64,000 bases of DNA from Podarcis erhardii (Eukaryota). The first letter of the stretch is position 1. Every line of letters begins with the position of its first letter. Shown one piece after another: positions 47,339-59,176 of the stretch. The DNA is taken from the NCBI GenBank assembly GCA_964252035.1, contig OZ176201.1; one strand, written 5' to 3'. Made by a program: the position numbers and the translations under genes. The notes beneath the pieces were generated by a model. The model had not been told where the DNA came from, searched no databases, and saw only the letters and a program-made list of their open reading frames with translations.

Positions 47339-47899
47339 TATAAAATAAAGATCAGGTACCTGATGCTGGCACAGACCTGGGGCTCGGCTCCTGTTTAAGA
47401 ACTCAGACAGCAGACAGGCCCGGAGCTGGCCTTTAAATGCCTGCTGAGGTGATGAGAGCCCACGGTGTGGGGAACGCTTCCAGGCATACTCACTCTTTCC
47501 ACACACCCCTACAGGAAGGCACCTGCTTCTCCCATTGGAAAAGAAAGTGTAGACTGCCTGGCTGTGAATCGGAAACAGCAGCAGGCTAGGACGCAGCCTC
47601 AGATGGTGAGGTGTCACTGACTCCAGGCATCCCATCACAAAGAGGGAGGGGGGGGGGAGAGAGAAAAGATTCCAGCCCTTAGCAGCCAGCCTTTGACCAT
47701 CATGGAGTGCCCAGAAAGAGAGATAGCAAACAACCGCAACTGTGCCGGCAAGGAAGAGGAGAGGTGATGAGAATATCGTCCGAGCAAGCAGAATCACGGC
47801 GGGGCAGATTCCATTTCAAAGCCTGTCTTCCACTTTGCTCCAGAGGTCAGGCCACGATCCTCCCTCTCACAGGAATGTGGGCTTTGCCCCATCAGGTTT

Positions 47900-47914
47900 C
47901 TAGAAGTCCAAAAG
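47900..47914 (-). CDS. CENPX: CENPX exon 5, LLDF-stop
   Basis: Acceptor gtttacag|CTT TTG GAC TTC TAG; identical to the human C-terminal LLDF. Confidence 0.93.
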   Translation of the reverse strand, partial: LLDF

Positions 47915-48111
47915 CTGTAAACATTAAGTGTTTTTAAGTTACTGTGAGCAAAGAGTTCTCCCCAAACTGTTTGGCTGATTTGCCTGAGTTCCAGTTGCCC
48001 AGTGAGGATATTGCTAACCAGCCAAACATCCCCCCAAAGGAAGGGGATTAAGATGCCTTTGCCCACATCCTTATCCTGTTAATTTAGGAATCCAAGCTGT
48101 GCGTTACATAC

Positions 48112-48200
48112 CAGCTGCGGCAGCACTTTTTCCACGTGCTCTACATCCACCCTGGTCAGGTCCTCCGTTTGAGCCTGCCGTGCGGCTCGTGCGGCTGCCT
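48112..48200 (-). CDS. CENPX: CENPX exon 4, (E)[29 protein letters not shown]
   Basis: Acceptor tcttgcag|AG and donor CTG|gtatgt. Confidence 0.96.
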
Positions 48201-49085
48201 CTGCAAGAAACACACAAGGCAGGCAAGGTGCAACAAGTAGGTACTGGGAAGGGTAACAGAAATGGCCTTTAGGGAGGAATGAAATCAGTCAAGTAACAAA
48301 AAAGTTACTTTGAGGGGCTTTGCTTGGGAACAAATAAGTCTGCAATTCACAGTATTAGTACTGGACTTTCAGATCAGAAAGTGTTAACTTCTCACCACTC
48401 AGCACTTTTTCCTTGCCCAAAATTGTTCTCAACGTTCAGGCAAATGATCCCCAAGCAAAGCATGTGCTACCTTCTGAATGTGCACATGTCCACCTAGCTC
48501 CACCTGAGGCTCCAAACATTCATGGTTGGGGAGCCTATGGCCCGCCAGATGCCGCTCAACTCCAATTCCCATCAGCCACAGCATAGGCGGTGGCTGCAAA
48601 TGATGGGATATGTAGTCTTGCAACATCTGGAGAGTCCCAGGTTCCCCACCCCTGCAGCAGATCATGAACTCAAGACTGCTGAGAAAGTCCTAAGCTTTAT
48701 ATATCTGATGGAAGCATCATTAAAAATAAGCTTTCAGCATTTAAGCTGTACCCATTCTGTATCAAGCCTGGAAAATCAAGCTCTAATGCCCAGCTAAAGT
48801 ATAAGGTTTCATGAAGAATCTACTAGTTTCTGATAGAAAGATCAGGGTCTTTTTTTTCTTCAGGACTTGGTTTCTGTGCTGAACCATGATTTAGCTTGTC
48901 CTGCTTTCTTCCTTCTAGTATCTCCTATTGACTTGTACTGCTTTCTGAACGAGCAGTGAGGCTACACCTTAAAAGAATAAAGAGTGTTTATAGTCTTCCG
49001 ATTTTTGCACTAATTTTTGTCCTTCTATGTCATTCATCTGTGACTGCCATTCTATGGAAAAAAGGCACAGTCCTTTACAACTTAC

Positions 49086-49139
49086 CTCGCACGAACACTT
49101 TGAGCATTTCTGCCATGAGCAACAGAGCATCACCACTGA
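49086..49139 (-). CDS. CENPX: CENPX exon 3, (V)[17 protein letters not shown]
   Basis: Acceptor ctttccag|TC and donor G|gtaagt. Confidence 0.96.
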
Positions 49140-49312
49140 CTGGAAAGAGGGGGAAAAGTAACCATGAGAAGTGCTCAGCCCAGTTATCTGCCCACAACCC
49201 AGGAATCATGGTTACCTCTGATATTCCAGGGCATGATCTCTCTACAGAAACGTTTGGCAAGATTGCGAGCAGGAATTGGCCTCCTTATTGAGACAGAAGG
49301 GAAAGCAATTAC

Positions 49313-49364
49313 CTCGTGTTTTGTCATCTTTGAAGTGGAGCTGGAGCAGTTTGTTCACGGTCTC
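49313..49364 (-). CDS. CENPX: CENPX exon 2, [17 protein letters not shown]
   Basis: Acceptor ccatgcag|GAG and donor G|gtaatt. Confidence 0.96.
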
Positions 49365-51868
49365 CTGCATGGAAAGGAAATCAGTCAAGGGGTGTTAATG
49401 GAGAAAAAGTGAATCTCCCTGTCTTTCCATTTCAAAGAGATATAAAATAGGTAAAGCAATATCTTTTATGAGATCAACTTCTGCCGGTGTAGGAGTACAT
49501 CAAAAGAAGATCAGCCAATAAAGTATATTACCTTACCTGTTTTGCATCTCATTCTCTGGGACCAAGAGAGCAACAACTATTGATGCCAATCTTCCATCCC
49601 TGGGCAGGGACCACATAACTGGCTCCATCACCCACCATTTCTCTGTTGCTGAGGCCCAAACTTTTTTTATTAATCGGCGATAATTCTCCTCCCCACCAAC
49701 TGCCTTATTTGTGCTATCTTATTTATTATAGGGGTTTTTAATTCTGCCTTTCTGCTCTGAATACAAGGGTGCCCAAGTTGGCTCTCATCAGGGTAAAAAC
49801 AATACATAATCAGAACACTAAATCTCAAAAAGCAGCAGAAGCCAAGAAAACCATACTGGAGATGAAAAAAGGAAAAGAGACACTAAAGTTGGGCCAAAAG
49901 CTAGCAAGAAGGTCCTAAACCTGAGGCAGAAGACCAAAAAGCAAGGGGGCTACGTGGCTCTTCCTAGACAGACAGTTCTACAACCTGGGTGCTCCAAACA
50001 GAACTGCCCTCTTTTCCTGTTCCTATCCATTGTACCTCAGCTGATGGTAGGACATGCATAAGGAGCCTCTTCAACGCAGCTCAGTGGCTGGATAGAATTG
50101 CATGAGATTAGAATCATGTTAAACAATTTTTAGTTGACTAGTCAGTAACATCCAAATTCACACATGAATTTCTCAGAATAGGTTGCTCACTTGCACCTTC
50201 AAAAAGGAAAACAAACATTCACTGCCAGATGGAAAGGCCCTTTTTAGCATTTGCTCTTGTGTTCTGTTAGAACCAGAATAACCTAAAGAAATAAGGTGTA
50301 TGCCCTTAGCTTACAACCTTCCCAATAAAAAAATGATGCCCTTCCATTAATTAACTAGGGTTGCATCCAATAAAATCACTGAGCTTAGGGCAAGGACTTC
50401 TGCATACACAAAGGTTCTTGTTCTCCACATATAATCCCTCTCCCAACCACCACTGCACCAATCTGCTCTGGAGGTTTGGGGAAGCCCCAGAAAAGATTAA
50501 TTTTATTTATTTCATGTTTATTCCATCTTTTCCTGTAAGTTAACTTTCAGTTCTTGGTAGAGGTGTTACCACATCAAATCCTGTGAAGTGGGATTTACTA
50601 ATTTTAGCCCTGGCTTTCTGGACTGGTATATAAAGTAGCACTGCACACTAAGAGAAGAAAGATGTATAAAAATGAGAGTCATGAAAAACTATGCATTACA
50701 GTGACTTACAGTTTTAGGAATGAAGAATTGCTCAAGAAAGGGACTGGTATGAATGTAAGTACTAACATAAGCTGCAGTGACTGTCCCCTGAATCACTTTA
50801 GATGAGCCAGAAAACTGCATCTTTGTAAAAGCAAATTTAGCAGCTAGGCCACAAGTGAAGAATGTTTGTGGTGTACTGAAGATATGAAAATATTTCAAGG
50901 AAAATGCAGTTGTGTCGCATTAACAAAAACAGTATAAGGAAGACACCAGTGGCAACAACATTATACTGGTTCAGTACTTATTAGGCTTTTGTTTGAAAAT
51001 TCTGTTCAGGATACCAACAAACACTGAACAACAAAATATGACTAAGTGCTTGGAGTACATAGTATGAGAAAGGATGAAGGAACTCTTGAGAAAGAGACTT
51101 GAAGAGATATATTAACAATGCCTAAATATCTTAACAAGTTGTCAGACAAAAGGGTGATCTACCAGAGCAGTTAAAGAATAGAGCACCAGCAAAATATATT
51201 GACTGCTATTAATTTATCTCCAAGCATCCATTGCTTTTCTGTTTTAAAAAGACACCAAAATCACATCTATATAATACAGTGTAAAAGCTATCAGCAAAAG
51301 CTTCCTAATTTTAGGAACAGCTGATTAATGGATCAAGTTATTTGTTCTATGGAATTTGTAGTAGTTTAAGTAACTTATGAAATAAGTTTTTGGTTCTGGA
51401 GGCGAATTCAGAATATCTTTTTCAACTCCTGATTAAATCAGTATTACCCAACCTGATTCTCTCTAGCTGTTGCTGACTACAATTCCCATAATCCCTATTG
51501 GGTGTTTCCACCAGGGCTGATATGAGTTGGGATCCAAAACATCTGGAGGACAACAGGTTTGGGAAGGGTTAATTAAAATGTCAAACTCTTTCTTCATCCA
51601 AATGGAAAATACTAGCTTGATTAATATATTCTAAGAAAGCCCTATCCAACACCCCTAAGGAGGGACTGGCTGTTAAGATAAAATAATAATGACAAATAAG
51701 ATCTAGGCAGGACTGTGCAGAAATGGCTGTAATCAGGATGCTGGTTGCCAAAGCTGGGTTTTAAAAAGTGCCCTTCCCCCCAGATTCTGTTACAAAGGAT
51801 TTCTAATGATAATTTCATTTTATAAGCGGTTAATCAGCCGTCTGAGCCTTTACTCCATACCAGAGTCA

Positions 51869-52178
51869 GGAACATAGGGGCATGCCTTAAAGCAAGTCAG
51901 ACCATTGCTTTGTCTAGCTCAATATTGTCTATGCCAGGTATGAAGAACCTTTGACGCTCCAGATGCTGCCGTACTACAATTCCCATCAGCTCCAAGAAAC
52001 ATGACCAATGGCCAGGGATCATGGGAGTTGCAGTTCAGCAGCGTGTGGAGGCCAAAGCTTCCCCACATCTGGTTGACATTGATGGGAAGTGGCTCCCCAG
52101 GATTTCAGACAAAGGTCTTTTCCGACCCTAGCTGGAAATGCTGGGAACTGAACTAGGGATGCTTTGCCACTGACTACA
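51869..52178 (-). mobile_element. tRNA-derived SINE (Squam2-like) split by a hAT MITE at 51935-52071
   Basis: Both flanks align to the reverse complement of 18619-18799; the middle is a palindromic ACTACA-type MITE. Confidence 0.6.
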
Positions 52179-52679
52179 ATCTTTCCTCTAAATCTTTTGA
52201 AATCAAAGGGTTTGAGCGTGCCTAACTCAGCATAACATCTAGATTAGTATATAAGGAATCCTTTGCACAAGAAGGAAAGGCTTACGGGTTTTATCAAGTG
52301 GGCCTGCTAGAAAATAAAATACAAAATTAACTAGGCTGTAGCGCTACCTGCTGCATATATCTGGAAGTGCTCTGGAGAGTTTCACCAGTTTAGCATATTC
52401 CATTAAGAGGGTCAGTAGGAAAGGGACTGAAAGTCTGCCAATATCATAATGCCATTCTACAAAGCTATGGCACATGGAATGCTAGCTACAATCCTGGTTG
52501 CCTTGTGTGATCAAAGGACTGAATCAACTACCTTATGAGGAAAAGTTGCATTTGGGGCTTCTAAGTTTTGAAAGAGTGAGTATTTGGGGGGAGGGCATGA
52601 CAAAGGGGCATACAATGATGCGACGTGGAGAAAATGAACGGAGAGAAGCTTTTCTCCCTCCCTCCTATTAATTGAATTC

Positions 52680-53262
52680 ATGAGTCATCCAGTGAAACTG
52701 AATGTTGAAAGATTCAGGACAGGCAAAAGGGAGTTCTTCACACAGCACATATGGAATTTGCTCCCACAAAATGTAGTGATGTCTACCAACGTGGATGGAT
52801 TTAGAAGAAGAGTAGTTTGGATTTGATATCCCACTTTATCACTACCCGAAGGAGTCTCAAAGCAGCTAACATTCTCCTTTCCCTTCCTCCCCCACAACAA
52901 ACACTCTGTGAGGTGAGTGGAGCTGAGAGACTTCAGAGAAGTGTGACTGGCCCAAGGTCACCCAGCAGCTGCATGTGGAGGAGCGGAGACGCGAACCCGG
53001 TTCACCAGATTACAAGACTACCGCTCTTAACCACTACACCACACTGGCTCTCACGGGGGATATCATGCCTACCAGCCATGACTAAATTCACTGTCAAAGG
53101 CTATAAGTGTTTGAACAGCATTTACTGGGAATCAAAAGCTGGGAGAGTGCTGTTGCACTCAAGTCTTGCTTGTGGGCTTCCCATCAGCATTTGGCTGGCC
53201 ACTTTGAACAGGGTTCTAGATTATATGTGGTCTGATCTAACAGGACTCTTCTTATGCTCTTA
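52680..53262 (+). mobile_element. CR1-like LINE 3' fragment (52680-52802 and about 53060-53262) interrupted by a SINE
   Basis: GTCATCCAGTGAAACTGAATG...TTCTTCACACAGC...GGAATTTGCTCCCACAA...GGATGGATTTA on the left; typical ...GGTCTGATC...CTCTTCTTATG..TTA tail on the right. Confidence 0.55.
52803..53048 (-). mobile_element. Full-length tRNA-derived CORE-type SINE (Squam3-like)
   Basis: The - strand begins GCCAGTGTGGTGTAGTGGTTAAGAG (box A), has GGTTCGCGTCTCC (box B-like) and the CORE-like GGGTGACCTTGGGCCAGTCAC, and ends in a CTTCTT tail. Confidence 0.8.
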
Positions 53263-54575
53263 CCATGAAAGTGTGAAAGTGCATTTAAAACATTTTTACC
53301 ATATTCTTTGGCCAAAAAGTCCCCCAGGGCAGCTTACAAGGATCAGTCTTATTACAGGAAGAATGGAGAGACATCAGCTCTGATCTCCCAAAAGTTATGG
53401 TTTGGTTGTAGTACACCTGCTTTGCAATCAGAAGGTCCCAAGTTCAGAAGCCTGTCTGGGAGCATTTTAACACTTCCTATTCCTTTCCTTTCCCGTCTTC
53501 TGAAATTTAAGTTTGCCCATGTTTGACTTCATGGGCAGCTTTCCACATTCTTGTATGTTTAATTTGACAGGGCTGTGGTCCCTTTTCCCAATCAGTTCAA
53601 CATCATTTACATCTTGTAACAGATCCTGGGCTACCACTCAGGTTTCTAGCTACAATCCTAACTACTACTACTATGGCCTGGAGGGGCTGAACAAAGTGGC
53701 AGGACCAACACTGCATCCACAGCTCTGCCACCATCACCAGGGGGGGATGCTGGAGCAAGGAAGTAAGTGTATCACAGCAGCAGCCTGCAGCTGGTGCAGC
53801 AATCAGGCCTGATGCCATAACACAGCATCACTGGGACAAGCTTGGGATCAAACAGCACATCTGACAGGGTGAAGGGGAGCTCCATACTTGTGGCATGACG
53901 CCGGTATCTCCCTGCAGGCAGCAGGGCTGGGCAGAGAGACACCTCTGCCCAATTCAACTCCCTCTCCAGCCTGTTATGAAGGGGATTTAGATTGTTCTGT
54001 AATTCCAGGGTCATTCCCATTTATTTGCTTTCTTCCCCAACAGTTTCATGGCGCAGTCATTTAGATATGTTTTGCTTTGTCACCGCCTGAACGTGAGTTC
54101 ACCTAAGCAACTTGAAGGCAGCTGAAGTTACCCATTATTACAACATCCATTATTACAATTATTTTCACACTCCCAGCCCTCAGATTTCTATAGCAAATGA
54201 AGGCCATTACAAAATGACCTTCAGAAAGACATAGTATGGTGGGTAGGTAGCCCTGGCTAACTTACAAATCTGGACGCCAGGGGCAAAAAAAATCCCTCAA
54301 GCAAGGAGGGGGCGGCCAATGGATAGGGCTTAAATATTACCAAGTCATGTCTCTCCCCAACACCACTTTATAGTGGAACCTCCTTGGTCCTTCCCCAACC
54401 CCATTCCACATCCAACGCCTACCCTTTAAGGAAACCACCCCAGCTTCTGAGCACCCATCATCTGATTCTCCACAAGAAGATTAAGCCCAACTCTTGCAGT
54501 CCTGAATTGGCCAAGCTGCTCTATCTATCCACTATTCTTTAGTGCCCCCAAAACTAAATAAGACCCTTCCTCTAA

Positions 54576-54712
54576 ACCTGTTTCCCAAACTTGGGTCTCC
54601 AGCTGCTGTTGGGTTTTTTTGACTACAACTCCCATCATCCCTAGCTAGCAAGTCAGGGATGGTGGGAATTGTAGTCCAAAAGCAGATGGAGACCCAAGTT
54701 TGGGAAACGCTG
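54576..54712. mobile_element. hAT-type palindromic MITE
   Basis: Inverted arms GTTTCCCAAACTTGGGTCTCCA / TGGAGACCCAAGTTTGGGAAAC with internal GACTACAACTCCCA / TGGGAATTGTAGTC. Confidence 0.8.
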
Positions 54713-54854
54713 GGAGTCTAAGCCAAGAGCCCTCCCAAGACACAGGTCTTCCCTGAGGGAACCTCTTTAGCCTTCACAGCAGGATTTGCAGAACTTGACA
54801 AGCCACTGAAACAACTTACACAGAAACCTTCCCAAGTTCCTGCCATAACATTTT

Positions 54855-55400
54855 AGCGCGTGTCTGTAAACTCTGAACTCTCAGGGCTCCCGTTCACACA
54901 CACCCTTTAACCGCCACCCGTCACTTTCCAAGGTGAATTCCATCCCCTGCTCCCCCCGCCCCCGTCCTGACCTTTTTGAAGCCTTTCGCGCCTTCTTCCC
55001 TCTTCTCCATTTCAAAGAGGACCCGCCCTCTTGACTCTCCTCCGCAATCACTGGCCAGAGGAGGCGCCGGGAGTCCCGAGGGCTTAAGGCATCGCGCAAT
55101 GCATGCTGGAACATGTAGTCGGTCTGAAGTCGGCTCCCCTCGCGATTTCCTCCCACTTCCGGTGGCAGAAGAGGCCTCTTTGGCCGAGCATTGTGGGAGT
55201 TGTAGTTGACTCCCCCCCCCCGTCTCCTGCGTTGTGCTCTCTTGACTCAGTAAGTAATCTAAGGTAGAGACCTGAACGGGAAGCCTTGTTTTGCATAGGC
55301 GGTGGAGCCCGGCATGGGGACCTGGGGGTAGGCCAGGATCTGAAGACAAAGCGAGATAAGAGGAAGATAATAGGCGGTGTAAGAGCCGCAGCTCGAGTAA
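54855..55400. promoter_or_regulatory. CpG-rich bidirectional promoter of CENPX and LRRC45
   Basis: Visible CpG enrichment between head-to-head genes. ETS motif ACTTCCGG at 55155-55162. Two ACTACA-type (ZNF143/THAP11) motifs on the - strand at 55101-55120 and 55188-55206. Confidence 0.85.
54972..55010 (-). CDS. CENPX: CENPX coding exon 1, [13 protein letters not shown]
   Basis: gaaATGG start and donor AAG|gtcagg; lies in the CpG-rich region. Confidence 0.9.
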
Positions 55401-55828
55401 GTTCAGACAGGAAGGGTGGTTTTCTTGCTCATTTGGTAGTGGAAATGGTATTTTTGCCCTCATTGCCACGTGCGCCTGCTCCTGTGCTTCACTGCCATAG
55501 CTGATTCTGCTCACATCTCTACTGCTCGTAGTAACCATGTTCAGAATAAATTAGTAGCTAGTAGGATAGATTGCACATGCATTTTCCACCATCCCTACAG
55601 GATCATAATTCTAAAGCCTTTACTTGGAATTAAATTTATATCAGTAGGAATTACTCCTAAAAAATAATTACATCCCATTAAGTTCAGTAGGACTTCCTCT
55701 CTTGTACATTTGTGCAATCAAAGACTGCGACTTAGTCACACTGAATGTGGTGGGATTTATGAAGTAAACATTTATAGGACTGGATTGCACAGTTGCAGAT
55801 CCTGAGCTTGCTTAGCTCCCTGAAAGTA

Positions 55829-56046
55829 CAGTGGTACCTCGGGTTACAGACGCTTCAGGTCACAGACTCCGCTAACCCAGAAATAGTACCTCAGGTTAAG
55901 AACTTTGCTTCAATATGAGAACAGAAATTGTGCTCTGGTGGCAGCGGGAGGCCCCATTAGCTAAAGTGGTGCTTCAGGTTAAGAACAGTTTCAGGTTAAG
56001 AACGGACCTCCAGAACGAATTAAGTTCTTAACCTGAGGTACCACTG
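55829..56046. mobile_element. Tc1/mariner (Tigger-like) MITE with TA TSD
   Basis: TA|CAGTGGTACCTCGGGTTA...TAACCTGAGGTACCACTG|TA; TIRs match at 17/18 positions; internal CAGGTTAAGAAC repeats. Confidence 0.9.
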
Positions 56047-56556
56047 TAGTTCTGTATCCAAAAGGTTTAGGGCTGGGCTGTTAGCCTGCCTTCCTAAGAG
56101 AACTTAACTCATTGAAAATCTGATTGAATTTAATGCATCGTACCTCTGAGTATACTTGGCTAGGCCCAAGCTTTAAGTCAGCATACTAGGCACTGGAGCT
56201 ACTGACACTGAAATAGTGCTAAAATGCTTCTATACAACTATTGTCACCATCTCTTAATAACTTTGTGCCAACTGTATGATGGGCACTAGAAAATACACAA
56301 ATAAAGTTGTTTTGTTTCTCAGGGTAAATTTAGTCAGAACCTCCCTTGGCATGGACACAGCTGAAAGGCTGAGAAACAAATAGTGGGTACAGAGCAAGGA
56401 AATGTGATGGCAAACACTTTATCTAAATTCTACTAGGGCAGGCAAGGTCTAGCTTTCCCTATGGGCAACTTTCCCAGCCAGTGTTGGCTGGGACCAGAGG
56501 CAAATGCAGACGGAGCAATGAATATAAATGCTATTTTGTACAGTAGGCTATTTTCT

Positions 56557-56576
56557 ACACACACACACACACACAC
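56557..56576. repeat. (AC)n microsatellite, about 10 units
   Basis: Directly visible. Confidence 0.9.
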
Positions 56577-57237
56577 ATATACCCCTATTGTTCTCCATCC
56601 AGACTAGTAGGAATCATTATCAGAATTCAATGACATATTCCAACCAGGCAAAAACACTCAAAGGGAATGTGAAGCAAGGCCTTTAGTTTGGTGAGGAGCA
56701 CTACAGTTCCCAGGATGGTTGGGGGGTGGGAGTTATGTGCTTTTAGTCTATAGTGTGGATCTGACTGGTTGATACACTTTGCCACCTCTTCCCACAATTC
56801 AGCAACTATTCAACATCCCCAGTGCTTGTCTTCCTAACGGCTTCCCTGTCTCCATGCTTTCAGTAGAGAGCAGCAATTCTTCCTTTAGTAAAACTTTCAA
56901 ATAGTGTCTGATGTATGCAGAATCTGCTCCTGATTCAGCCTTTTAAATTTTAAATCCACACTGATCAGAACTTTCACTTCTCTTTTTCCTCTATCCTACT
57001 CTTCTGTTCATTTGATTTTCTCTTCTTTTTTGTCTACTGAGGCATGAATGGGTATGAAAGTGTGGCTGAATGTATACAATTAGAATATTCACAACACGTT
57101 TTTTAAAACTGCAACACAGTGTTGGAGGGAAAGTGTAGGGAGAGATTGGGCGAGGCAAGGTAAGAATACATATATGAAACCGTTTCAACCAATTTCTTAT
57201 TGCTTTACATATTTTTCTTACAATTTTTCTTACAATT

Positions 57238-57586
57238 AAGACAGTGGGTGGCGCTGTGGGTTAAACCACAGAGCCTAGGGCTTGCCGATCGGAAGGTCGG
57301 TGGTTCAAATCCCCGCGACGGGGTGAGCTCCTGTTGCTCAGTCCCTGCTCCTGTCAACCTAGCAGTTCGAAAGCACGAAGTGCAAGTAGATAAATAGGTA
57401 CCACTCCGGCAGGAAGGTAAACAGCGTTTCTGCACGCTGCTCTGGTTTGCCAGAAGCGGCTTAGTCATGCTGGCCACACGACCCGGAAGCTGTACGCCGG
57501 CTCCCTCAGCCAGTAAAACGAGATGAGCGCCACAACCCCAGAGTCGGCCACGACTAGACCTAATGGTCAGGGGTCCCTTTACCTTT
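57238..57586 (+). mobile_element. Sauria SINE, full length
   Basis: Same head, body and tail; preceded by a 12-bp tandem duplication ATTTTTCTTACA x2 at 57211-57234. Confidence 0.93.
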
Positions 57587-58953
57587 AAACTTTTAAAAAG
57601 CCAAGTGAGTCTAGTTTTGTTCAGGGGAAGTTTGCAGATTTCAAAGCCAATGTAATTTGACGTTTCACACAGTGACTTGTAGACACAAGAATTAACTGCC
57701 TCTATTGAAAAGAACTGTGCTTGGCAGTGTGAGGTGATACATAATGCTTGAAATGTGATAGTGGTTACTTTTGCTGCAGTCACTGAGTGGTTAACATGTA
57801 TGTGTGAACTCATCCTGAGACTGAACTGTTACTGTGAACTAATTTACAAGTAAGTGGATTGTTCTCACATAAACATAAAGTGTCTAATTCTCATCCCTGA
57901 TGGCACACTGTAGTGTCATATTGTACCCTACATCTCTATAACAGTTTCTTACAGAAAACATGTGTGATTCCAAGGCAAACCTCCAGGGATGCAGACAACA
58001 ACTTGGCATCTTTGTGTGAAAGGCTGGCTTCATCCTTCCCAGTTAAATTAATGCATTGATTTGATAACACACACACATACAAAAATAAACAAGTTTTCCC
58101 GAAGTCCTGTATTCTGCAGAATATGCACCTCAGATTTCAGCATCTTACATTTCCACAGAATATGAGAGACTAGCCAGACTTGCATTTTGATTCTGGTTAA
58201 TCTCTCACGTTCAGGAATCTTGTAGAACAGCCACACTAGATATTTATTTTTAAAGGGTTCTCTTACACCACACGAAGACCACAGGTGCCTCTTATTTTAG
58301 AGAATGGCTGTCCCATAAAACAGGCACTGAAGGTCTCTCGAGACCTTTTAAACATGCTTGATCTGCCAACTCTAGTTCTTGTTAAGTTGCCTTCATTACT
58401 TCAGAAACTTAACATAAAACACTTTATCAGATTCTAATTTGATTTCATATATATCATTATATGTGTGTTTACCCTGTGTGTTTAAAACAAGAACTCCTTA
58501 GCAGAAGGAATGTCCGTAAGAAAGTCAAATATTACTTCTAAACTACAACTCCCAGCATGCCTTACTTCCTAAATAATAGGATTTGGCAGAGGAAGAATTT
58601 AACTACATTACCCATCATGCTCCATTTCCCTTGGTTACATAGGCTGACGCTGGCAGTTGAAGGGTGAGGCTGTATTTCTAGCAACCCTCAGTGAGTGTTT
58701 GGAAACCTGACTGCTTTGTCTCGGGGTAAAGTTGGCTAGGCTGGTGCCATTCCTAGTGCCCTTATGTGGGGTTTTCTTAAAATCTTAAAAGCATGATTAC
58801 CTGAGAGAAAGCACTCAGCAGCATGTATCAGGGTGGTAATATCTGACTGTTGCTGTCCCCCAGGCTACCCTCGGCTGCCATTTCATACCGGGACCCCTCC
58901 TAATTCCTCATCTACGTGGAGGGGCATGAGTGACACTGATGCCTGCCACAGAG

Positions 58954-59176
58954 ATGGATGACTTCCGACGGTCCTACGTTAGGCTGTGCAAGGAGAGCGG
59001 TGCTGAACCCCAGGAAAGTATCCTGCAGCACTTGGAGGAAGCCTCGGGGAAAAGCCGCTTGGATTTAGCTACACACACCCTTTCTGTGGAAACCTGCGGG
59101 GTCCTGGGCAAGCTGTTGCAGGATGAACTCCAGTTCACCGAGATCACGCTGAGCAATTGTATGCTGAGTGAAGAAG
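58954..59176 (+). CDS. LRRC45: LRRC45 first coding exon, [21 protein letters not shown]...CMLSEE(G)
   Basis: gagATGG Kozak context and donor G|gtgggg. An in-frame ATG also exists at 58939. Upstream acceptor ccccag| at 58863. Confidence 0.93.

Larger units (their letters stand above)
47900..55010 (-). other. CENPX: CENPX (STRA13/MHF2) gene span; complete 82-aa histone-fold protein
   Basis: Exons of 39+52+54+89+15 = 249 nt give [82 protein letters not shown], collinear with human CENP-X. Confidence 0.97.

Noticed and set aside
48073-48111. CENPX intron-4 read-through giving VCNAQLGFLN*
   Set aside because: A strong donor (GTATGT) and a perfect downstream LLDF* exon explain the normal C-terminus; there is no evidence for retention.
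54921-55538. 205-aa minus-strand ORF in frame with CENPX exon 1 (upstream ATG at 55463), suggesting a long N-terminal extension
   Set aside because: It crosses the GC-rich bidirectional promoter, where stops are scarce. The extension resembles nothing in CENP-X, and ATG 55010 matches the human start position. It would need a TSS beyond 55463.
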